DNA of 48,138 bases from Micrococcales bacterium (GCA_024641605.1 JAHECT010000001.1:1-48138), one strand, 5' to 3'; positions 24,435-35,440 are shown, counted from the first letter of the stretch. Notes: generated from the letters alone by a model not told the origin. Made by a program: numbers and translations.

Positions 24435-25259
24435 TCAGGCCTTGCTCGACGCGATGCGGACGGTGGAGGCGGCCACACCGAGCGCGGCGAGCGCACCCAG
24501 CGCGAGCGCCCAGCCCGGGACCCCGGCCGGGACCGAGGAGCCGTCTCCGGCGGGCACCGAGCCCGGAGCGCCGGCCCCGGCCTCGACGACCTGCGTCGCC
24601 AGAGCCAGGCTCTCGCCCTCGGCGCTGCCCCACGCGTACACGATCGTGGTGGCGCCCTCGGCGACGTCGACGTCGGCCGGGCCGAGCGCCACCGTGTCCG
24701 TGCCGGCGAGCACGACGTCGGCCTCGTACGAGGCCGCGGGGACCTCGGCCGAGTCCTCGTTCGGGTTGGTCAGGTCGGCGAAGAGCACGTCGCCGTTCGC
24801 GCGGACATCGACCGCGGGAGCGGCAGCGATGTGGCGCACGACCAGACGGCCCTGGCCCGCGGCCACCGAGCTGGTGTCGTTGACGAAGACGTTGAGGGTC
24901 GGGTCCCCATTGGCCTTCAGGTTCGCGGTCACCGTCGCGTTGGCGCCTGCGGGCACCTCGGTGCCGGGGGCCTCGAGGACCGGGGTCCCGCCGTCAGGGG
25001 TGTCGCCGTCGGCGTAGACGGCCAGGTCGTAGGTGCCGGCCGGGACCTCGAGGGTCTTGAGGGTGCCGGGGGTGAAGTTGTCGATGAGCAGCGCGTCCCC
25101 GGCGTAGACGTCGACGACGTCGGCCCCGCTGCCGGTGGGGATCGCGTGCAGCACGCTCACGGTGGCGTCGTCGGCGGCCGATGCGGGCGCCGCGGAGAGG
25201 ACGAGGGCGGCGGGTGCGGCGAAGGCCACGAGGAGGGCGGCTCGGGTGCGACGGGTCAT
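24435..25259 (-). CDS. Secreted DUF4397-like protein with C-terminal cell-wall sorting signal (putative sortase F substrate)
   Basis: AGGAG RBS; signal peptide ending ASA; two related units (VSVLHA..VDVY..EVPAGTY and LVVRHIAAAPAVDV..EVPAASY); C-terminal SVPAG twice, then a hydrophobic helix and an R/K tail. Confidence 0.85.
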   Translation of the reverse strand: MTRRTRAALLVAFAAPAALVLSAAPASAADDATVSVLHAIPTGSGADVVDVYAGDALLIDNFTPGTLKTLEVPAGTYDLAVYADGDTPDGGTPVLEAPGTEVPAGANATVTANLKANGDPTLNVFVNDTSSVAAGQGRLVVRHIAAAPAVDVRANGDVLFADLTNPNEDSAEVPAASYEADVVLAGTDTVALGPADVDVAEGATTIVYAWGSAEGESLALATQVVEAGAGAPGSVPAGDGSSVPAGVPGWALALGALAALGVAASTVRIASSKA

Positions 25260-25311
25260 GTCAGCTCCTGGGGATCGGGGCCCGCGCGGTTCGCGTGCCG
25301 TCCACCTCCTC

Positions 25312-25338
25312 TTCGGGCCGAGCACCCGGTACGGATGC
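25312..25338 (-). promoter_or_regulatory. SigK-type ECF promoter for the DUF4397-sortase-sigma-anti-sigma cassette
   Basis: Minus strand GCATCC(25338-25333)-N16-CCGAA(25316-25312), resembling the mycobacterial SigK promoter (CCATCC...CCGAA). Confidence 0.75.
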
Positions 25339-25340
25339 AC

Positions 25341-26117
25341 CTAGTCCCAACGGAACGTCCGGACGGCCGCCGCACCCGCCGCAGCACCCCACCCGAGCAG
25401 GACCACCACGGCCCCGGCGGGCACGGGTCCGCCGTCGAGGAGGACGGCGCGCAGGGCGTCCCCGAGCGCCGCGGTCGGCAGCAGCGCGATGACGGGGGCG
25501 AGCACGTCGGGGAGCCGGTCGACCGGCAGCACGAGCCCGCCGGCCGCCAGCAGGAGGAGATAGAGGGCGTTGGCCACCGCCAGGGTCGCCTCAGCACGGA
25601 GCAGACCCGCCAGGAGGAGCCCCAGCGCTGAGAACGTGGCGGTCCCGAGCACGAGCACCGGGACGGCCCACGGCCACGTGGGGGCAGGGGACCAGCCCAG
25701 GGCGAGAGCCACCGCCACCAGCAGCAGGACCTGGGCGGTCTCGACGACCAGCACGCCCAGCGTCTTGGCCACGAGCAGGCCGCTACGACCGAGCGGGGTG
25801 GCGCCCAGGAGCCGTAGGACGCCGTAGCGGCGTTCGAAACCGGTGCCGATCGCCTGGCCGGTGAACGCGGTGGACAGCACGGCGAGCCCCAGCACGCCCG
25901 GCGCGACCACGTCGATGACGGGAGAGCCCCCCACGAGGTCGGCCGGCAGGCGGGACAGGGCGACGAGCACGACCACGGGGATCACGAGCGTGAGCAGGAG
26001 CTGCTCACCGTTGCGCAGCGACGTCCGGACCTCGGCGCCCGTCTGCGCCAGCAGGATCTGCGCCCGTGGGGCGGCGCCCGGGTGCGGTGCGAGCCCGCCC
26101 GGGGTGGACGAGCTCAT
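25341..26117 (-). CDS. ABC-2 type exporter permease
   Basis: LRNGEQLLLT, AFTGQAI.TGFERRYGVLR.LGATPL and about six TM segments; ATGA overlap with the ATPase gene. Confidence 0.92.
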   Translation of the reverse strand: MSSSTPGGLAPHPGAAPRAQILLAQTGAEVRTSLRNGEQLLLTLVIPVVVLVALSRLPADLVGGSPVIDVVAPGVLGLAVLSTAFTGQAIGTGFERRYGVLRLLGATPLGRSGLLVAKTLGVLVVETAQVLLLVAVALALGWSPAPTWPWAVPVLVLGTATFSALGLLLAGLLRAEATLAVANALYLLLLAAGGLVLPVDRLPDVLAPVIALLPTAALGDALRAVLLDGGPVPAGAVVVLLGWGAAAGAAAVRTFRWD

Positions 26118-27034
26118 GTCCGCAGCTCCCGCCCGGTCAGATCGAGGAACACGTCCTCGAGCGTGCGCCGCCGCGTCGAGAGGTCGCGGGGCTCGACCCC
26201 GACCGACGCTGCCCAGGAGCTGACCGCGTGCAGGCCCGCCGTCCCGGCGGCGACGAGGTAGCGGCCGGGGGCCACCTCGTCGGCGGTCGACCCCGCGGGC
26301 AGCAGGGCGCGCAACGCCGCGAGGTCCAGTCCCGGCTCGGCCCGGAACACGAGGGACTCGCCCGAGCCGCACAGCTCGCCCACGGTCCCGTGGGCGACCA
26401 GCCGTCCACGGTCCATGATCGCGACGTCGTCGGCCAGGCGCTCCGCCTCGTCCATCAGGTGCGTGGTGAGCACCACGGTCGCCCCGTCGGTCCGGAGCTG
26501 CTCGACGAGGGCCCACGCGGCCAGGCGGGTCTGGGGGTCCATCCCGGCGCTGGGCTCGTCGAGGAACACCAGGTCGGGGCGCCCCACGATCGCGCAGGCG
26601 AGCGCCAGCCGCTGCTTCTCCCCGCCGGACATGCGGCGATACGTCGCGCGCACCGTGTCGAGACCCAGCCGCCCGGCGAGGTCGGCCACGTCGAGCGGGT
26701 GCGCGTAGAAGCGGGACATGTGCCGGAGCATGGGCACGGCCCGGGCCCCGGAGTAGATGCCGCCGTCCTGGAGCATCACCCCGACCCGGCTCCGCAGCAG
26801 CGGCCCGTCCCGCTGGGGGTCGAGCCCCCAGACACGGACCCGGCCGGAGCCGGCCCGGCGGAAGCCCTCGCACACCTCGATGGTCGTCGTCTTACCGGCG
26901 CCGTTGGGCCCGAGGAGCGCGGTGATCGTCCCTGCCCGGACGGTCAGGCTGAGCCCGTCCACGGCCGTCTGGGTGCCGTAGGAGACCCGAAGATCGACGA
27001 TCTCCACAGCGGCGTCGGCGTGGGGATCGGACAC
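26114..27034 (-). CDS. ABC-2 type exporter ATP-binding protein
   Basis: GPNGAGKTT, MSGGE, FLDEP and TTH; TAGACT lies 6 nt upstream of the GTG. Confidence 0.95.
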   Translation of the reverse strand: MSDPHADAAVEIVDLRVSYGTQTAVDGLSLTVRAGTITALLGPNGAGKTTTIEVCEGFRRAGSGRVRVWGLDPQRDGPLLRSRVGVMLQDGGIYSGARAVPMLRHMSRFYAHPLDVADLAGRLGLDTVRATYRRMSGGEKQRLALACAIVGRPDLVFLDEPSAGMDPQTRLAAWALVEQLRTDGATVVLTTHLMDEAERLADDVAIMDRGRLVAHGTVGELCGSGESLVFRAEPGLDLAALRALLPAGSTADEVAPGRYLVAAGTAGLHAVSSWAASVGVEPRDLSTRRRTLEDVFLDLTGRELRT

Positions 27035-27093
27035 GTGCGGAGTCTAGGCGGGCAGCCTGGGCCAACCTGGTTCGCGGTGCGGAGCGAATTAGG

Positions 27094-27107
27094 CAACAAT
27101 GTCGTTG
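27094..27107. promoter_or_regulatory. SufR operator (CAAC-N6-GTTG)
   Basis: CAAC-AATGTC-GTTG overlaps a -10-like AACAAT (27095-27100) and the sufR GTG start. Confidence 0.8.
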
Positions 27108-27811
27108 TGAAATCGACCTCGGCGATCACGGGGGCGCCGGCCCGTGTGGCCCGCGCCCTGCTGGAGGGCGGGCCACAGACTGTCGCGGCCCTCGCCGAGC
27201 GTCTGGATCTCACCACCACCGCCGTCCGCCGCCACCTCGACGCGCTCGTCGAGGCGGGGCACGTCGACGTGGGGGAGCGGGCGCCGTACGGGCCGGCCGC
27301 CACCCGTCGGCTCACCCGCGGCCGGGGCCGCCCGGCCCGCGTCTACTTCCTGACCCCGGAGGGCCGTGACGCCTTCGAGGCCGCCTACGACGACCTCGCC
27401 GTGGGCGCCCTGCGCTTCCTCGCGGAGACCGCCGGGGACGAGGCCGTGGCCGAGTTCGCCCGCGCCCGCGTGGCCGAGCTCGAGCGGCGCTACGCACCTG
27501 AGGTCGAGGGTGCCGAGGACCCCGTCCTGGCCCTCGTCGAGGCCCTCCGCCGTGACGGCTACGCCCCCGCGCTCGCCGAGACCGGCTCCCCGGCCACCGT
27601 CCAGGTGTGCCAGCACCACTGCCCCGTCGGCCACGTCGCCGCGGAGTTCCCGATCCTGTGCGATGCCGAGACCGAGGCGTTCGGCCGCCTCCTGGGCACG
27701 CACGTCACTCGCCTCGCCACCCTCGCCCACGGGGACGGCGTCTGCACCACGCTCGTCCCTCGCGCCCTCGGGCGCGCGGACCACCCCACCGCACAGGAGG
27801 TCTCCTCATGA
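27107..27811 (+). CDS. sufR: Fe-S cluster transcriptional repressor SufR
   Basis: wHTH ([19 protein letters not shown]...GRGRPARVY) plus C-terminal ligands QHHCPV, LCDAE and GDGVCT; first gene of the suf operon. Confidence 0.93.
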   Translation: MKSTSAITGAPARVARALLEGGPQTVAALAERLDLTTTAVRRHLDALVEAGHVDVGERAPYGPAATRRLTRGRGRPARVYFLTPEGRDAFEAAYDDLAVGALRFLAETAGDEAVAEFARARVAELERRYAPEVEGAEDPVLALVEALRRDGYAPALAETGSPATVQVCQHHCPVGHVAAEFPILCDAETEAFGRLLGTHVTRLATLAHGDGVCTTLVPRALGRADHPTAQEVSS

Positions 27812-29220
27812 CGACCGACGCGCACGCCGATCTCGAGGGACTCGGCCGCTACGACTTCGGCTGGGCCGATCCAGACGTCGCGGGGTCGAGCGCTCGACGC
27901 GGCCTCAACGAGGACGTGGTCCGCGACATCAGCGCCAAGAAGGGCGAGCCCGCCTGGATGCTCGAGACGCGGCTCAAGGCGCTGCGTCTGTTTCAGAAGA
28001 AGCCGATGCCCGCATGGGGCTCGGACCTGAGCGGCATCGACTTCGACAACATCAAGTACTTCGTCCGCTCGACGGAGAAGCAGGCCGCGTCGTGGGAGGA
28101 CCTGCCCGAGGACATCAAGAACACCTACGACCGGCTGGGCATCCCGGAGGCGGAGAAGCAGCGTCTCGTCGCCGGGGTGGCGGCCCAGTACGAGTCCGAG
28201 GTCGTCTACCACAAGATCCGCGAGGACCTCGAGGAGCAGGGCGTCCTGTTCCTGGACACCGACACGGGTCTCAAGGAGCACGAGGACGTGTTCCGGGAGT
28301 ACTTCGGCACCGTGATCCCCTCGGGCGACAACAAGTTCTCCGCGCTCAACACGGCCGTCTGGTCCGGCGGGTCGTTCATCTACGTGCCGAAGGGCGTGCA
28401 CGTGGAGATCCCGCTGCAGGCCTACTTCCGGATCAACACGGAGAACATGGGCCAGTTCGAGCGGACGCTCATCATCGTCGACGAGGACGCCTACATCCAC
28501 TATGTCGAGGGCTGTACCGCCCCCATCTACTCCAGCGACTCGCTGCACTCAGCGGTGGTCGAGATCATCGTGAAGAAGGGCGCGCGCTGCCGCTACACGA
28601 CGATCCAGAACTGGTCCAACAACGTCTACAACCTCGTCACCAAGCGCGCGGTCGCCCAGGCCGGCGCCACGATGGAGTGGATCGACGGCAACATCGGCTC
28701 CAAGGTGACGATGAAGTACCCCGCGGTGTGGATGGTCGGCGAGCACGCGAAGGGCGAGACCCTCTCGATCGCCTTCGCCGGCGAGGGCCAGCACCAGGAC
28801 GCCGGCTCCAAGATGGTGCACGCGGCGCCGCACACGTCGTCGACGATCGTGTCCAAGTCCGTGGCGCGCGGCGGCGGCCGCACGTCCTACCGGGGTCTCG
28901 TGCAGGTGCTCGAGGACGCGCACGGCTCCCGCAGCACCGTCAAGTGCGACGCGCTGCTCGTGGATGACATCAGCCGCTCGGACACCTACCCCTACGTCGA
29001 CGTCCGCACCGACGACGCCTCGATGGGTCACGAGGCCACGGTCTCCAAGGTCTCCGAGGACCAGCTCTTCTACCTCATGTCGCGCGGCCTCACCGAGGAC
29101 GAGGCCATGGCGATGATCGTTCGCGGCTTCGTCGAGCCCATCGCGCGCGAGCTGCCCATGGAGTACGCCCTCGAGCTCAACCGGCTCATCGAGCTGCAGA
29201 TGGAAGGAGCGGTCGGCTGA
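27808..29220 (+). CDS. sufB: Fe-S cluster assembly protein SufB
   Basis: 470 aa; [33 protein letters not shown] and HEATVSK; no intein. Confidence 0.98.
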   Translation: MTTDAHADLEGLGRYDFGWADPDVAGSSARRGLNEDVVRDISAKKGEPAWMLETRLKALRLFQKKPMPAWGSDLSGIDFDNIKYFVRSTEKQAASWEDLPEDIKNTYDRLGIPEAEKQRLVAGVAAQYESEVVYHKIREDLEEQGVLFLDTDTGLKEHEDVFREYFGTVIPSGDNKFSALNTAVWSGGSFIYVPKGVHVEIPLQAYFRINTENMGQFERTLIIVDEDAYIHYVEGCTAPIYSSDSLHSAVVEIIVKKGARCRYTTIQNWSNNVYNLVTKRAVAQAGATMEWIDGNIGSKVTMKYPAVWMVGEHAKGETLSIAFAGEGQHQDAGSKMVHAAPHTSSTIVSKSVARGGGRTSYRGLVQVLEDAHGSRSTVKCDALLVDDISRSDTYPYVDVRTDDASMGHEATVSKVSEDQLFYLMSRGLTEDEAMAMIVRGFVEPIARELPMEYALELNRLIELQMEGAVG

Positions 29221-29221
29221 C

Positions 29222-30358
29222 ATGAGCGTCGTCACCGACACCCCAGGCGTCACCGCCTTCGAGATCCCCACCGGACGCGAGGAGGCCTGGCGCTTCACGC
29301 CGCTGCGCCGCCTGCGCGGCCTGCACGAGGACCTCACCGGCGCCCGCGAGCTGCCCGTGACGGTCGATGCCGCGCCCGGGGTCCGGGTCGAGACCGTCCC
29401 GGTCGGGGACCTCTCCCCGTCGGCTGCGGCGCTGGACCGGATCAGCTCGCTCGTGCGGTCGGCCGCCGCCTCGGCGACCGTGGTGACCGTCCCGCGCGAC
29501 CTCGTCGCGGGTCGCCCCACGATCGTCCGGCTCGAGGGCCCGGGCACCTCCCCGGCCGCCGTGGGAGTCGTCCACGTGGTGGCGGAGCCCTTCTCCGAGG
29601 CCGTCGTGGTCATCGAGCACGTCGGATCGGCCACCGCCGGCACCAACGTCGAGGTCCAGGTCGGCGAGGGAGCCTCGCTCACGGTGATGTCCCTGCAGGA
29701 CTGGGCCGATGACACCGTGCACGTCGGACGGATCCACGCCGTCGTCGGCCGCGACGCGCGCTACCGCTCGTTCGTCGCCACCCTCGGCGGCAGCGTCGTG
29801 CGTCTCGTCCCGACCGTCGAGTACTCCGCCACCGGCGGCGACGCCGAGCTGCTCGGCCTCTTCTACGCCGACGCGGGCCAGCACCTCGAGCACCGGTCCC
29901 TGGTGGACCACACCCAGCCCCACTGCCGGAGCAACGTCCTCTACAAGGGTGCCCTCGCCGGCGACCCGGCGCTGGGGGAGACCGGGATCGCCCGGACCGT
30001 GTGGGTGGGCGACGTGATCATCCGCGCGGCGGCCGTCGGCACGGACACCTACGAGCTCAACCGCAACCTCGTGCTGACCGACGCCGGCCGAGCCGACTCG
30101 GTGCCCAACCTCGAGATCGAGACGGGCGAGATCGTCGGGGCGGGGCACGCCAGCGCCACGGGCCGCTTCGACGACGAGCAGCTGTTCTACCTCCAGGCGC
30201 GCGGCATCCCCGCCGACGTCGCGACCCGGCTCGTCGTGCGCGGCTTCTTCGCCGACGTCATCGGCAGGCTGGGCGTGCCCGAGTGGGAGTCGCGACTCCT
30301 CGCCGCCATCGACGCCGAGCTCGGCATGGCAGCCGAGGTGAACGAGGACGACGACTGA
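29222..30358 (+). CDS. sufD: Fe-S cluster assembly protein SufD
   Basis: EEAWRFTP, SVPNLEI, GHASATG and LFYLQARGI. Confidence 0.96.
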   Translation: MSVVTDTPGVTAFEIPTGREEAWRFTPLRRLRGLHEDLTGARELPVTVDAAPGVRVETVPVGDLSPSAAALDRISSLVRSAAASATVVTVPRDLVAGRPTIVRLEGPGTSPAAVGVVHVVAEPFSEAVVVIEHVGSATAGTNVEVQVGEGASLTVMSLQDWADDTVHVGRIHAVVGRDARYRSFVATLGGSVVRLVPTVEYSATGGDAELLGLFYADAGQHLEHRSLVDHTQPHCRSNVLYKGALAGDPALGETGIARTVWVGDVIIRAAAVGTDTYELNRNLVLTDAGRADSVPNLEIETGEIVGAGHASATGRFDDEQLFYLQARGIPADVATRLVVRGFFADVIGRLGVPEWESRLLAAIDAELGMAAEVNEDDD

Positions 30359-30699
30359 TGGGCGCCCTGCAGGTCTGCAAGGCGGCCGACGTCCCCGTCT
30401 CGTCCGCGCTCGCGGTGGTCGTCGACGGGGTCCCGGTCGCCGTCGTACGGGACTCCGAGGGCACGCTCCACGCCGTCCGCGACATCTGCTCGCACGCCGA
30501 TGTCGCGCTCTCCGAGGGCGAGGTCGACGGCTGCACGCTCGAGTGCTGGCTGCACGGCTCGCGCTTCGACCTGCGGACCGGTGAGCCCTCCGGGCCGCCC
30601 GCCGTGACCCCCATCCCCGTCTACCAGGTGATCGTGGAGGGAGACGGCGACGACGCCGTCGTCCTCGTCGACGTCGCCGCCACCCCCGTCCCGCGCTAG
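30358..30699 (+). CDS. Rieske-type ferredoxin within the suf operon
   Basis: CSH...CWLHGSRFDL ligands; TGATG overlap with sufD; no signal peptide. Confidence 0.93.
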   Translation: MGALQVCKAADVPVSSALAVVVDGVPVAVVRDSEGTLHAVRDICSHADVALSEGEVDGCTLECWLHGSRFDLRTGEPSGPPAVTPIPVYQVIVEGDGDDAVVLVDVAATPVPR

Positions 30700-30712
30700 A
30701 AGGAGCACCGAC

Positions 30713-32816
<2,104 letters not shown>

Positions 32817-32817
<1 letters not shown>

Positions 32818-33275
32818 TGGATCTCGAGTCGCTCTACCAGGAGATCATCCTCGACCACTACAAGCACCCGCGCGGGCGAGGGCTCCACGACCCCTTCGAC
32901 GCCGAGGTCCACCACGTGAACCCCACCTGCGGCGACGAACTCACCGTGCGGGTGCGGGTACGGGACGGACGGCTGGAGGACGTGTCCTACGAGGGCCAGG
33001 GCTGCTCGATCAGCCAGGCCTCGGCGAGCGTCATGTTCGAGCAGCTGTCGGGCGACACCGTCGAGCACGCGCTCGAGGTCACCGACTCGTTCCTCGAGCT
33101 CATGCAGGGGCGCGGGAACGTCGAGCCTGACGAGGACGTGCTGGGCGACGGTGTCGCCTTCGCAGGCGTGGCGAAGTACCCGGCGCGGGTGAAGTGCGCG
33201 CTGCTGGGGTGGATGGCATGCAAGGACGCGGTCTCGCAAGCTGTGGGACGCGGGACTTCGGAGGTATCGACATGA
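32817..33275 (+). CDS. sufU: SUF system NifU-family sulfur transfer protein
   Basis: LYQEIILDHYKHP, NPTCGD, GCSISQAS and RVKCA. Confidence 0.96.
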
Positions 33276-33619
33276 CCGAGACGAGTGCACCGATCGCCGA
33301 GGGCGGCGGCATCACTCCCGCGGAGGACGTCGTCGAGGCGCTCAAGGACGTGGTGGACCCCGAGCTGGCGATCAACGTGGTCGACCTCGGGCTGGTCTAC
33401 GGCGTGCAGGTGGACGACGCCAACATCGCGACCATCGACCTCACGCTGACCTCCGCAGCCTGTCCGCTCACCGACGTGATCGAGGACCAGACCCGGGCCG
33501 CTCTGGACGGCGTCGTCGCGGACTACCGGATCAACTGGGTCTGGATGCCCCCGTGGGGCCCGGACAAGATCACCGACGACGGCCGCGAGATGCTGCGCGC
33601 CCTCGGCTTCAACATCTGA
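33272..33619 (+). CDS. sufT: DUF59 / metal-sulfur cluster maturation protein SufT
   Basis: DPELAINVVDLGL, TLTSAACP and WMPPW; GGAGG RBS before ATG 33272. Confidence 0.92.
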   Translation: MTETSAPIAEGGGITPAEDVVEALKDVVDPELAINVVDLGLVYGVQVDDANIATIDLTLTSAACPLTDVIEDQTRAALDGVVADYRINWVWMPPWGPDKITDDGREMLRALGFNI

Positions 33620-33735
33620 GCTTCCCTCGCCCGACCTGTCCTGACCCCGCTCACCCCGCGGTCCCGGACGGGCGGTGAGGGTGGCGTGTCCGTGCGGTCG
33701 GAGGAGCCTCTCCCGGCCCGTAGAATGTCGGCCTT

Positions 33736-35340
33736 GTGACCATCTCCGCCTCCGGCATCGAGCTCCGCGCCGGGGCCAGGCTCCTGCTGGAGAAGGCGAC
33801 CTTCCGCGTCGCCCCGGGTGACAAGGTGGGTCTGGTCGGTCGCAACGGGGCGGGCAAGACCACGCTGACCCGGGTCCTGGCCGGTGAGGGTGAGCCGGCT
33901 GCGGGCACGGTCGCGCGCGGAGGCCTCCTCGGCTACCTGCCCCAGGACCCCCGAGATGTCGACCTGATGGAGCTGGCTCGCGACCGCATCCTCTCCGCGC
34001 GCGGCATCGGCGATGCGGTACGCCGTATGCGCGCGGGGGAGCAGCGGATCGCCGCGGCCGACGACGATGCCGCTCGCGAGAAGGCGATGCGGCGCTACTC
34101 CAACGCCGAGGCCGAGTTCCTCGCTCAGGGTGGCTACGCCGCCGAGTCCGAGGCGGCCGCGATCGCCTCGAGTCTGGGCCTGCCCGACCGCGTCCTCGAG
34201 CAGTCGCTGGGCACGCTCTCGGGCGGCCAGCGGCGACGCATCGAGCTGGCCCGCATCCTGTTCTCAGGAGCCGACACGCTGCTGCTGGACGAGCCGACCA
34301 ACCACCTCGATGCCGACTCGATCGTGTGGTTGCGCGAGTTCCTCAAGGCCCACCGCGGCGGACTCATCGTGATCAGCCACGACGTGGAGCTCCTCGAGTC
34401 GACGGTCAACCGCGTGTTCCACCTCGACGCCAACCGGTGCGAGCTCGACGTCTACAACGTCGGCTGGAAGGCCTACCTCCAGCAGCGCGAGACCGACGAG
34501 CGGCGTCGACGCCGCGAGCGGGCCAATGCGGAGAAGCAGGCTGCTGCCCTGCAGAACCAGGCCGACCGCATGCGCGCGACAGCCACCAAGGCCAAGGCCG
34601 CGCAGAACATGGCGCGACGAGCGGAGCGCCTGCTCGACGGGCTGGAGGCCACCCGGCGATCCGACCGTGTTGCCCGCCTGCGCTTCCCGACGCCCGCCCC
34701 GTGCGGCAAGACCCCGCTACGGGCGGCCGAGCTGTCGAAGTCCTACGGGTCGCTCGAGATCTTCACCGACGTCGACCTCGCCATCGACAAGGGCAGCCGC
34801 GTCGTCATCCTCGGGCTCAACGGCGCCGGCAAGACCACGCTGCTTCGGATCCTCGCGGGAGTCGACGCCCCCGACACGGGTGCCATCGAGCCGGGCCACG
34901 GCCTGCGCCTCGGCTACTACGCGCAGGAGCACGAGACGCTCGACCCCGGCCGCACGGTCCTCGAGAACATGCGCACGGCCGCGCCCGACCTCCTCGAGCC
35001 GGAGATGCGCAAGGTCCTCGGCTCGTTCCTGTTCTCCGGCGACACGGTCGATCAGCGGGCCGGGACCCTCTCGGGCGGGGAGAAGACACGCCTCGCCCTC
35101 GCCACGCTGGTCGTGTCCGCCGCCAACGTCCTGCTCCTGGACGAGCCGACGAACAACCTCGACCCGGCCTCGCGCGACGAGGTGCTCGCAGCCCTGCGCT
35201 CCTACGAGGGCGCCATCGTGCTCGTCACGCACGACGAGGGAGCCGTGGAGGCGCTCGACCCGGAGCGGGTCCTGCTGCTCCCGGACGGGGTCGAGGACCT
35301 CTGGAGCGCCGACTACGCCGACCTCGTCGCCCTCGCCTGA
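33736..35340 (+). CDS. ABC-F family ATP-binding protein (ribosome-associated)
   Basis: Two NBDs (GRNGAGKTT/LSGGQ/DEPTNHLD and GLNGAGKTT/LSGGE/DEPTNNLD), charged helical linker, no TM; TAGAAT at 33721-33726. Confidence 0.95.
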   Translation: MTISASGIELRAGARLLLEKATFRVAPGDKVGLVGRNGAGKTTLTRVLAGEGEPAAGTVARGGLLGYLPQDPRDVDLMELARDRILSARGIGDAVRRMRAGEQRIAAADDDAAREKAMRRYSNAEAEFLAQGGYAAESEAAAIASSLGLPDRVLEQSLGTLSGGQRRRIELARILFSGADTLLLDEPTNHLDADSIVWLREFLKAHRGGLIVISHDVELLESTVNRVFHLDANRCELDVYNVGWKAYLQQRETDERRRRRERANAEKQAAALQNQADRMRATATKAKAAQNMARRAERLLDGLEATRRSDRVARLRFPTPAPCGKTPLRAAELSKSYGSLEIFTDVDLAIDKGSRVVILGLNGAGKTTLLRILAGVDAPDTGAIEPGHGLRLGYYAQEHETLDPGRTVLENMRTAAPDLLEPEMRKVLGSFLFSGDTVDQRAGTLSGGEKTRLALATLVVSAANVLLLDEPTNNLDPASRDEVLAALRSYEGAIVLVTHDEGAVEALDPERVLLLPDGVEDLWSADYADLVALA

Positions 35341-35440
35341 GCAGTCCCGGGCAGTTGCGCCGACTCGCTTGCAGGGGATCGGCGCGGCGGTACCGTTGGT
35401 GAGCCGCTCACGGGCGGCCCGGCGTCCCCAGGAGGCAGAA

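Noticed and set aside
22289-25340. Sortase/ECF cassette as a mobile element
   Set aside because: No transposase or integrase, no terminal or target-site repeats and no visible compositional shift. It is treated as an accessory module, not a mobile element.
27808-29220. Possible intein in SufB, as in some mycobacteria
   Set aside because: The protein is 470 aa, YVEGCTAP is uninterrupted and there is no endonuclease insert.
33645-33682. Hairpin after sufT (CTCACC...GGTGAG) as a terminator or small RNA
   Set aside because: The stem is imperfect and bulged, and is plausible by chance at this GC content. It may be a terminator but is not supported well enough to call.
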